Source: Planctomycetota bacterium
GTDB lineage: Bacteria; Planctomycetota; UBA1135; UBA2386
DNA length: 64,000 bases
Assembly: GCA_965223545.1 (NCBI GenBank)
Contig: OZ245006.1
Span: 4,704,001-4,768,000, forward strand
Reading direction: 5' to 3'
Made by a program: the position numbers and the translations under genes. Of the stretch, positions 8,476 to 16,246 are shown piece by piece. Under the pieces are notes generated by a model that was given only the letters and a program-made list of their open reading frames with translations, ran no database searches and had not been told where the DNA came from. Position 1 is the first letter of the stretch. Each line of letters opens with the position of its first letter.

Positions 8476-10044
8476 ATGATCCACTGCCGTTGCCCCCTCG
8501 CTCTCTTCGCCTTCGCGGTCTTCGCCGCCGTGCCGGTCGCGGCGCAGGCCGCACACTCCCCGCCCGGAAGCGGCGTCACGATCAAGCCCCCCAAGGGCTG
8601 GCTCTGGCAGCCCGCCGCCGACGAGCGCGGCCAGGTGGTGCTCAGCTTCGCCGCGCCCCGGGCACTGGCGATGCGCTCGCGCGGCTCGCATTTGCCGGTG
8701 CTGCGCGTCGCGCGCCTGGCCGATGAAGAGCCCGCGCCGGCCGACATCGACGGACTGCCGGGCCGGGTCACGGGCCACGACGTCACCGACTACTTGCAGG
8801 GGGTCTACGGCAACGGCATGTTCGTCGCCGAGCGCACCGACGGGGAAATCGGGGGGCACCCTGCGGTGCTGTTCACCGCGCGGACCGCGCGCGACGAGAA
8901 CAAGATCGCGTGCTACGGCGCGCTCGTCCGCGGTCCACAGCGGATCATGGCCGAGTTCGAGATCGACAACGATCAGCTGGCGAAGCACCAAAAGGTGTTC
9001 GACCTCGCGATTGCCTCGTTGCGGATCGAAGCCCCCTCCGATACCGCGGCGCCGGTCGCTCCGTGGCAGGCGGATGCCGGCGACTGGCAGGCGATGGACG
9101 CCGCCGCGCGCCGCCGCGCGCGGCAGGCGCACGCGGAAGCGTGTGTGGAGGCGGCGGCGAAGGCCGATGAGCCCGGCTGGAAAGCGCACAAGAGCAAGTT
9201 CTGGACGGTGCGCAGCGCCGCTGGCGGCGGCGAGACCAAGAAGGCGATCAAGGCCGCCGAGGCCGCGCGCGCTTGGTGCGAGAAGACCTTCGCCGGCATC
9301 GGCGACGGTGGCCCCTTGCCGGCCGTGCTGCGCGTCTTCTCATCGCCCGACCACTACTCGGTGTTCAAGGCGAGGCTTAACGAGCAGCGAGAGTTCTCAC
9401 CCGAGCGGCGCGAGCTCTACTTCTACGAAGACCCCAACGCCGGTACCGCGGACGGCTGGGGCATGATGTTCCGCGCGGTGCTGTGGCAGTGGATCGACGA
9501 TGCCGCCCCGGGTTCGTTCGCGCACCTGCCGCGCTGGCTGGACAGCGGGCTGTCGGAGTACTTGCGCAGCAGCAAGCTCAAGGGCCGCAACATCGAGTTC
9601 CTCTCCAGCGAGGTCGAGAGCGGGCGCATCGACTACCAGCAGCGCAACGAGACCATGCCGGCGTTGTGGAACCTGGTCCAGGAGTCGATGCAGCCGAGCC
9701 CCGAGAACGGCGCTGTCGAGGAGCGCTGGGGATACACCCCGGAATGCGCGCGTCTGGTGCGCTGGGTGGTGGATCACGACGGCAGCAAGGCGTTCGGCAT
9801 GGAGTCGATGCTGTCGCGCTACATCGCGGGAGTCGCGGAAGCCGCGGCGGCGGTCGGCCCCGATCCGACCTTGCGCATCGACACGATGGCGCTCGACGCC
9901 GCGCAGGCCAAAACCCGACGCGAGCGCTACTACGCCTGGCGCGACCAGTTGCTCGTCGCCATCAACGACCGCGTCGTGCCGCTGGAGACGGACGCTTGGC
10001 AGGCTGCCAACGCCGCCTGGCTGCAGTTCAACAAGGACTTCTGA
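8476..10044 (+). CDS. Secreted protein with a degenerate gluzincin (DUF1570/peptidase MA-like) domain
   Basis: Signal peptide. 'LPRWLDSGLSEYL' resembles the PxWxxEGxAEY motif, but HExxH is replaced by 'RAVLW'. Confidence 0.55.
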   Translation: MIHCRCPLALFAFAVFAAVPVAAQAAHSPPGSGVTIKPPKGWLWQPAADERGQVVLSFAAPRALAMRSRGSHLPVLRVARLADEEPAPADIDGLPGRVTGHDVTDYLQGVYGNGMFVAERTDGEIGGHPAVLFTARTARDENKIACYGALVRGPQRIMAEFEIDNDQLAKHQKVFDLAIASLRIEAPSDTAAPVAPWQADAGDWQAMDAAARRRARQAHAEACVEAAAKADEPGWKAHKSKFWTVRSAAGGGETKKAIKAAEAARAWCEKTFAGIGDGGPLPAVLRVFSSPDHYSVFKARLNEQREFSPERRELYFYEDPNAGTADGWGMMFRAVLWQWIDDAAPGSFAHLPRWLDSGLSEYLRSSKLKGRNIEFLSSEVESGRIDYQQRNETMPALWNLVQESMQPSPENGAVEERWGYTPECARLVRWVVDHDGSKAFGMESMLSRYIAGVAEAAAAVGPDPTLRIDTMALDAAQAKTRRERYYAWRDQLLVAINDRVVPLETDAWQAANAAWLQFNKDF

Positions 10045-10046
10045 CC

Positions 10047-11129
10047 TCAGCTGCGCGGCGCGCGCGCGATGTGTACCGGTCCTTGAACGTGCACCGTGCG
10101 CTGCGGAAACGGGATCTCGATCCCGGCGGCGTTGAGCCGGGTGTAGATCTCGGTGAGCAAGGCGTCGACGCAGCGTCCGCGCAGCTCCGGGTTCTCGATC
10201 CACACCATCAGCTCGAAATCGAGCGACGACTCGCCGAGGGCGCGGAATCGCACGCGCGGCTCGGGGTCCTGTTGCGCGTAGTCGACGGCCTCGGCGGCGG
10301 CGTGCAGAATGGCGCGCACCGCCTCGATGTCTGAGCCGTAGGCGACACCGACCGGCACGCGCACCCGCGACTTGGTCCACCGTCCGCCCGCCTCGTTGAT
10401 GATCTTGGCGGCGGCGATCTGCGCGTTGGGCAGCGTGATCTCGATATCGTCGCGGGTCAGCAACCGCGTGCTGCGCAGCCCGATCTTGGTCACTTCGCCG
10501 CGCTCGCCGGAGTCGAGGTTGATGTAGTCGCCGATCTTGTACGGCGCGTCGACGATGATGAAGAAGCCGCCGAACAGGTTGGCCAGGGTGTCCTTGGCGG
10601 CAAAGCCGAGCGCCAGGCCGGCGACGCCAGCCGAGGCCAGCCACGGTGCGACGTCCAGGTTCCATACCCGCAGCAGCGCGTAGACCAGGAGCAACACCAG
10701 GAGTGCGCGGCCGACGTTGTCGATCAAGGGCACCGTGCGGGCGTCGAGCCATTGCACACGGTCGGCGAGCCGGCCGATGGCGTCGAGCACCGGCCGGCAC
10801 ATGCGCCACAGTGCGCCGAACCACAGCAGCACCCCGAGCGTCTGCGTGATCCGGGCGACGACCTCGAGTGCTGCCGGCGACAGTCCCAACTCGCGCGCGG
10901 CCAAGAACACGCCGATCAAGACGGCGGTGACGAACACCGGCCGGGCGCATGAGCGGATCAGCGTGTCATCGAGCTCGGTGACGCTGTGCCGGGTGATCCG
11001 GCCGACGACACCGGTCAACAACAGCCGCGCGATGCCACCGGCGACCACCGCGATGCCGAGGATCACCAAGGCGCGCATCCACGGCTCGGGCAACGCCTCG
11101 TGCAGCACCGCGATCCATCGTTCGATCAT
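10047..11129 (-). CDS. mscS: Small-conductance mechanosensitive channel
   Basis: 'AGVAGLALGFAAKDTLANLFGG', 'PYKIGDYI', 'IGLRSTRL' and 'GIEIPFPQR'. Confidence 0.93.
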   Translation of the reverse strand: MIERWIAVLHEALPEPWMRALVILGIAVVAGGIARLLLTGVVGRITRHSVTELDDTLIRSCARPVFVTAVLIGVFLAARELGLSPAALEVVARITQTLGVLLWFGALWRMCRPVLDAIGRLADRVQWLDARTVPLIDNVGRALLVLLLVYALLRVWNLDVAPWLASAGVAGLALGFAAKDTLANLFGGFFIIVDAPYKIGDYINLDSGERGEVTKIGLRSTRLLTRDDIEITLPNAQIAAAKIINEAGGRWTKSRVRVPVGVAYGSDIEAVRAILHAAAEAVDYAQQDPEPRVRFRALGESSLDFELMVWIENPELRGRCVDALLTEIYTRLNAAGIEIPFPQRTVHVQGPVHIARAPRS

Positions 11130-11136
11130 GTCGAGA

Positions 11137-11165
11137 AGTACCGAGTCAGGCTCGATTTTCTCGCT
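11137..11165. repeat. Short palindromic intergenic repeat, copy 2 (AGTAC-CGAGTC-A-GGCTCG-ATTTTCTCGCT)
   Basis: 27 of 29 nt are identical to 43160-43188. Confidence 0.8.
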
Positions 11166-11198
11166 ACCGCTGCCGTCGCCGCAACAGTTCGCTCCGCA

Positions 11199-11837
11199 TC
11201 AATCCCGCGTTCCGCCTTGCGGCCGGATGCCGGCGGCGCGCAGGCGCAGCACCAGCTTGGCCTGCGCCTCGCACAGCGCCTGGCGCGCGGTCTCGGCCGA
11301 CGCATAGCCCAGCTCGCCGGCGATCTCCGGGAAAGTCTTGTTCTCCATCAGCCGCAGCTCGAGCAGTGCGCGGTGGCGTGGCGGGAAGCCGTCGAGCACG
11401 GCGCGCACCGCGCTGGCCTGTTCCGACAACGCGGCCGCCAGCGGTGGGCCGTCCAGAGTCGGTGCCGTGGGTTCCGCGGCCCGCGGGGCGTCGACTCGGC
11501 GGCGCAGATCGCGGCGCTTGGATTCGTGGAACCGCACGGCGCTCAGCAAGTTGTTGCGCACGATCGTCGCCAGATAGCGCACGAACGCGCCCTCGGCCGG
11601 AAAGTCGGTGTCCTCGAGGTTGCGGATCGCGTCGGTGAGCACGTCCTGCACCACATCGCTGGTGCTGAACAGCGGCAGGATCCAGCGGTGTTGCGCGCGG
11701 AACCGTCCCTCGAGTTCGCGGTGGACGATCGCGCGCACGCGGTCGTGGACGCGCAGCACGAGGGCGTCCTGCGCCTCGCGCTCCCCTGCACGGGCGGCCG
11801 GAATCAGCGCCAGCAGGTCGGCTTCGGAGTCGGCCAT
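11199..11837 (-). CDS. ECF sigma-70 factor
   Basis: Region 2 'AARAGEREAQDAL...SDVVQDV...YLATIVRNNL' and region 4 'LELRLMENKTFPEIAGELG'. Confidence 0.85.
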   Translation of the reverse strand: MADSEADLLALIPAARAGEREAQDALVLRVHDRVRAIVHRELEGRFRAQHRWILPLFSTSDVVQDVLTDAIRNLEDTDFPAEGAFVRYLATIVRNNLLSAVRFHESKRRDLRRRVDAPRAAEPTAPTLDGPPLAAALSEQASAVRAVLDGFPPRHRALLELRLMENKTFPEIAGELGYASAETARQALCEAQAKLVLRLRAAGIRPQGGTRD

Positions 11838-11852
11838 CGTTGCGCTCGGCGT

Positions 11853-13325
11853 TCAGAGGCGGACGAAGTGCGGCCACGCCTCGCCGACCGTCGTCGCGTC
11901 GCCGGCAAACCAGCGCAACATCACGGTGGCGCCGTACCACGCCGGCACCGGCGCGAACTGCAGCGTGCCGGCCTGCGGATCACCGCACAGCACGTTCGCG
12001 GGATTGCGTACCACGGCATCGGCCTGCACGAACGGCACCACGCTGGCGAGCGGTGTCACGAGTAGCACGGCGGCCCCGGGGTTGGCGACGTTGCCCGGCC
12101 AGCCGATCAGCGGCGAGACGAAGCGCAGCAGGCCCGTCGAGTGGTCGAACTCCCGGAATGCCGCCGCGCTCAGCACCGGCTTGCGAAACAACCCGGTCGT
12201 CGCCTGGGGCGTGCCGTGCACGTAGAACGCGTTGTTTGGGCGCCCGCCGGCGAGGGTCGACCGCCGTGGAACGCTCGGATCCATCGAGCAGATCGCGTCG
12301 ATGTCGTCGACGCCGATCAGGCCGATCGTCGACGACAGCGGCGTACCGGTCGAGGTGGTGTACGGCACCGGGATCGCGGTGCGGCAGCCGGGCGCCCAGG
12401 AGAAGAACATCAGTGGGTCGCGGGGCACGATGCGAATGTCGGTCGAGAACAGCATCTGCTGCCCGTCGATGTCGATTCCCAGGCCGTCGATGTCTTCCTT
12501 GTCCGACAGGGACAGGTCGGCGTAGCTGCGCCACACGCGTGGACACGTCCAGATGCCTGCGGTCGGCAGCCAGCTCACGCAGAGGATCGTGGCCCCGCTG
12601 GGCAGTGGACCGGTCTGCGACGAGAACCACTGCGCCGGCGCCAGCTTGGCGCTCGCGCTGGTCAGCGAGAAGTAGATGTTGGTCTGCGCCAGCATCATGC
12701 CACCGCCGCGTGGGTCGACCGTCGTGTTGCCGACGCGGTCGTCGAGCGCGTGGTAGGGCACGAACATATCGAAGCCCGCCACGTCACCGCGCAACCCCAC
12801 CTCGGCCGCGTCGTACGCTCGCTCGGTTTGCCCCACCAACGCCGCTGGAATCGCCAGCTCGCTGCCCGGCAGCACGTAGGAGTAGATGTCGGCCTCGACC
12901 GAGGAGCCCGCCGCGCGCTCGGCCGCGATGCGCGAACCGCGCCTTCCCCCGGTGCCGCGGGTCAGGGACAACGTCACCGCCGCCCACCGGCCGGGCGGCA
13001 CCATCGCGCGGCCGGCGCAGTCGCCGATGACCCAATCCTCGCCGATCGAGATCGCGTCGACCTCGAGCGGAGTCCGCGTGCACTTGCGCAGCAGCTGCTG
13101 CAGATCGAAGTCGGGTCGCAGCGGTGGCAGCCCGCCGGGCCAGGCGCCGGGCGCCTTGCCGTCGAGTCCGGCACGCTTGTGGTACATCTGGTCGGGGGCC
13201 AGCGCACCGCTACCGTGCACCATGAACGCGCCCGGCACGCCGGCGAACGGTCCGGCTGACTCCGGGCACTGTGCGGCGACCGCGCCGCTGGCGACGAGGA
13301 GGGATACGAAGGGAGCTGCGCGCAC
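11853..13325 (-). CDS. Secreted hypothetical protein, possibly with a divergent copy of the shared C-terminal domain
   Basis: GTG 13325 is preceded by GAGG; signal peptide 'APFVSLLVASGAVAAQ'; repeated 'DIDGL'/'DIDAI'/'EVDAI' motifs. Confidence 0.6.
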   Translation of the reverse strand: MRAAPFVSLLVASGAVAAQCPESAGPFAGVPGAFMVHGSGALAPDQMYHKRAGLDGKAPGAWPGGLPPLRPDFDLQQLLRKCTRTPLEVDAISIGEDWVIGDCAGRAMVPPGRWAAVTLSLTRGTGGRRGSRIAAERAAGSSVEADIYSYVLPGSELAIPAALVGQTERAYDAAEVGLRGDVAGFDMFVPYHALDDRVGNTTVDPRGGGMMLAQTNIYFSLTSASAKLAPAQWFSSQTGPLPSGATILCVSWLPTAGIWTCPRVWRSYADLSLSDKEDIDGLGIDIDGQQMLFSTDIRIVPRDPLMFFSWAPGCRTAIPVPYTTSTGTPLSSTIGLIGVDDIDAICSMDPSVPRRSTLAGGRPNNAFYVHGTPQATTGLFRKPVLSAAAFREFDHSTGLLRFVSPLIGWPGNVANPGAAVLLVTPLASVVPFVQADAVVRNPANVLCGDPQAGTLQFAPVPAWYGATVMLRWFAGDATTVGEAWPHFVRL

Positions 13326-13451
13326 GGTAGGCCTCGTGAGTTGCGGGATTGGCGTCCAGGTACAACGCCGGAGCGCTGCCGGACCCCAGGACAAATCCGC
13401 CGAGAATCCCGCGATCCTACCAAGACGCGCGCGCCGCTGCCGCGCAGGCCG

Positions 13452-15068
13452 CTACTGCAGCCCCTTCACCACGGCGTTGGAGGCGGACAGCCCCTGTGGC
13501 CCGCCGGCATCGAGCACCCAGGATTGGATCGAGAGCTCGGTGGCCACCGGGACGAACGTCGGCATTCGCGCCACCAACCCCGCGCTTCCCAGCGCATCAG
13601 TGATCAGCGGGACGAGCGCGGTCCAGTGCGGCACCAGGGTGCCACCGGCGAACGGTAGGTTGACGCGGGCGTTGCCGAGCACGTGCACGCCCGGCGCCGT
13701 GGCGAGCGCGCCGGTCAGCGCGAGGGACAGCGGTGCCGACGGCTGCAGGTAGCCGCGGACCTCGAGGGCCGGCGTCCCGGCGCTGCCGGCGAGGCCGGCC
13801 GGCACCGTCATCCATTTCTCCCGCACCAGCCGCATCAGTCGGCCCGCGCCGCCGTTGACGACGATCTCGCCCAGCGAGTCGAGCCCCAGCCCGAGCGCGC
13901 GGGTGCCGAAGCAGGGCGCCTCGTAGATCCAGCCCAACCGACCGTCGGGCTCGTAGCGGATCACCGTCGTGCCCAGGCCGCGGGGCGCGGTGGGCGAGCA
14001 GCCGGGAGTCCCCGACAAGCCGCTGGCGTAGACGCCGCCGTCCGGCCCGACCGCGATCGCGGTGCCGAACTCGTCGTTGAAGTCGAAGCCGTCGTGGGTC
14101 GTGCCCCACAACAGATTGCCGGCCGGATCGAACTTCGCGACCAACCAGTCCTGGTAGCCGTACCGCCCGGTACCCCAGCCGATGGCGACGACGTTGCCGG
14201 CGGCGTCCATCGCCAAGCGCTGCAGATTGCCGAATGCGCTGTGCGGCGTGCGGTGCACCGCCGCCCACTGCTTGATTCCGGCCGCGTCCCAGTGCACCAA
14301 CGTCCCGCCCGCTCGCGAGTCCAGGCCACACGCGAACACCGAGCCATCGGCGGCGAGCAGCACGTCGTGGCCACCGCGAACGGGGCTGTGGACGTCGCCG
14401 AACACCTCGCGACCGTTCTCGTCATAGACCACCACCGCCATCGTGACGTTGGTGCTGCCACTGACAGCGACCCTGCCGGACGGGCTGACCGCCATCGCTT
14501 GCGGCGTGTCCTGATTGAGGCCGAAGTCCCGCTGGTTGCGCCACACCTCGTTGCCGTCGGGGTCGTACTTGATCGTCAGGAAGTCGTCGCGGCGCCCGGT
14601 GAGATCGAACACGCGGCCGAAGACGTAGACGTTGTCGGCGGCGTCCACCTCGACGCGGTATCCCTCGTTCGACGCCGGCGCGACCACGCTCCACAGCTCG
14701 GTTCCGTTGGCGCTGAACTTCACCGTCATCATGCCGCCGGGCACCGTCGTGCCGCCGTTGCGGTGGCCAGTGACGATAATGCTTCCGCGAGAGTCGACCG
14801 TCATCCAGCGGGAGTGTTCGTTCACCAGCGGGCTGCCGGAGCTCTGCTCCCAGATGAGGTTGCCGCGAGGGTCGAACTTGCGCGCGTAGAAGTCCTTCAG
14901 CGGCCCACTCCCGTCGACGCAGATGTTGTTCTGGAAGTCGAAGCGGAAGCGTGTGGCCCAGGATTGGATGCGCCAATCTTCCGTCACCGGCTGGGTCGCT
15001 GGTCGGACGGAGAGTGCGAGGGCAAACAGCGCGGCGAGCGCGCACCGGGCGGCGGTAGGAGGCGTCAT
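13452..15068 (-). CDS. Secreted SBBP-like beta-propeller repeat protein with shared C-terminal domain
   Basis: Signal peptide from ATG 15068. Repeats 'KFDPRGNLIW', 'KYDPDGNEVW', 'KFDPAGNLLW' and 'VDAADNVYV'. Confidence 0.8.
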   Translation of the reverse strand: MTPPTAARCALAALFALALSVRPATQPVTEDWRIQSWATRFRFDFQNNICVDGSGPLKDFYARKFDPRGNLIWEQSSGSPLVNEHSRWMTVDSRGSIIVTGHRNGGTTVPGGMMTVKFSANGTELWSVVAPASNEGYRVEVDAADNVYVFGRVFDLTGRRDDFLTIKYDPDGNEVWRNQRDFGLNQDTPQAMAVSPSGRVAVSGSTNVTMAVVVYDENGREVFGDVHSPVRGGHDVLLAADGSVFACGLDSRAGGTLVHWDAAGIKQWAAVHRTPHSAFGNLQRLAMDAAGNVVAIGWGTGRYGYQDWLVAKFDPAGNLLWGTTHDGFDFNDEFGTAIAVGPDGGVYASGLSGTPGCSPTAPRGLGTTVIRYEPDGRLGWIYEAPCFGTRALGLGLDSLGEIVVNGGAGRLMRLVREKWMTVPAGLAGSAGTPALEVRGYLQPSAPLSLALTGALATAPGVHVLGNARVNLPFAGGTLVPHWTALVPLITDALGSAGLVARMPTFVPVATELSIQSWVLDAGGPQGLSASNAVVKGLQ

Positions 15069-15247
15069 TGCGGACTCCGATTCTGAAACCAGGTGGAGGT
15101 GGCCGCGTGCAGCGGCCGCTTCACCGGTGAGCGAACACCGTGCCGCAATACCGGTCGGCGTCGGTGTGCCCCGCGCGCCGCGCTTCTGTCCGGTCGTCGA
15201 ACACAGGGGTGGCCGGCTTCGAGGCACTTGGCCCACATCGGTGTTGG

Positions 15248-15263
15248 CGGCACGAGCGTTGCG
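15248..15263 (+). promoter_or_regulatory. Putative sigma-54 (-24/-12) promoter
   Basis: CGGCACGAGCGTTGCG matches TGGCACG-N4-TTGC with correct GG-N10-GC spacing, ~40 nt before GTG 15305. Confidence 0.6.
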
Positions 15264-15304
15264 CCGATGGCACTCGTTCTTCTTCCGAGTCCTGAACCCA
15301 CGAG

Positions 15305-16231
15305 GTGATCTCCGTGCGCCGAACCGCATTCGTTGCTGCCGTCTCGCTGCCCTTGGCAGCGGTTCCCGCTGTCGCGCAGTCGTGCACGAAGGTCATGGCC
15401 GAAGCCAACATGGGGCAGCCGCACCGGGCGACCCAGTTCACGCCGACGACCGTGGCGTTCCTGGTGCCGGGAGACCCGGCGGCGAAGACGATCTGCGCCA
15501 TCGAGCTCTACTGCTACACCCGCAACGCGGCCCCGGTGCAGCTGCCGGTCTGGATCTACGACCGCGCGCCCAGCGGTGCGCCGGGCAATCCCCTGGCCAG
15601 CGGCACGATGCTAGTGGACACCGCGGCCGCCGTCTATCGCGCTTCGATCAGGGCGTCATTGCCAGCCGGCGCCGACTTCTTCATCGCCTTCGACAACGCC
15701 GCCGGCAACCTGGCCCCGCCGGTGTCACGGACCGGCGTGGTCGGCACGCACTACCACTCGGGGCCCAACTGGGCGGGACCGTACGGCAGTGGAGCCTGGA
15801 TGTACCGTGTGTACGACGACAGCGGTGTGCAAGCCGCGACGTTCACCACGGTCGGTTCCGGCTGCGCCGGTTCGCTCGGCGTGCCGCGCATCGGCAACGT
15901 CGGCCAGCCCGTCACCGGATCGATCTTTCAGGTGACGTTGGCGAACGCGCCCGCGACCGGCCCGGTGGCACACGTGATCGGTACCGTCGCGACCGCGCTC
16001 GATCTCGGCCCGTTGGGTGCGCCGGGCTGTACCGCCGAGCAGCTGCCGATCGTCGCCCTGCCGCGGAGCACGACGCCGACTGGCGCCGCCGCGGTGGCCT
16101 ACCGCGTGCCTGCGGACCCCGCGCTGATCGGCGCCGTGCTGCGCATGCAGTGGGTCGTGGTCGACCCGCCCGCCAATCCGCTGGGAGTCGTGGTCAGCAA
16201 GGGCGGGGTCGCGCAGGTCGGCGACTTCTGA
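15305..16231 (+). CDS. Secreted hypothetical protein (small beta-rich domain plus shared C-terminal domain)
   Basis: GAGG directly at the start; signal peptide ending 'AVAQ'; C-terminal 'GSGCAGSLGVP...GAPGC...QWVVVDP...LGVVVSKG'. Confidence 0.75.
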   Translation: MISVRRTAFVAAVSLPLAAVPAVAQSCTKVMAEANMGQPHRATQFTPTTVAFLVPGDPAAKTICAIELYCYTRNAAPVQLPVWIYDRAPSGAPGNPLASGTMLVDTAAAVYRASIRASLPAGADFFIAFDNAAGNLAPPVSRTGVVGTHYHSGPNWAGPYGSGAWMYRVYDDSGVQAATFTTVGSGCAGSLGVPRIGNVGQPVTGSIFQVTLANAPATGPVAHVIGTVATALDLGPLGAPGCTAEQLPIVALPRSTTPTGAAAVAYRVPADPALIGAVLRMQWVVVDPPANPLGVVVSKGGVAQVGDF

Positions 16232-16246
16232 CCGAGTGGGACGAGC

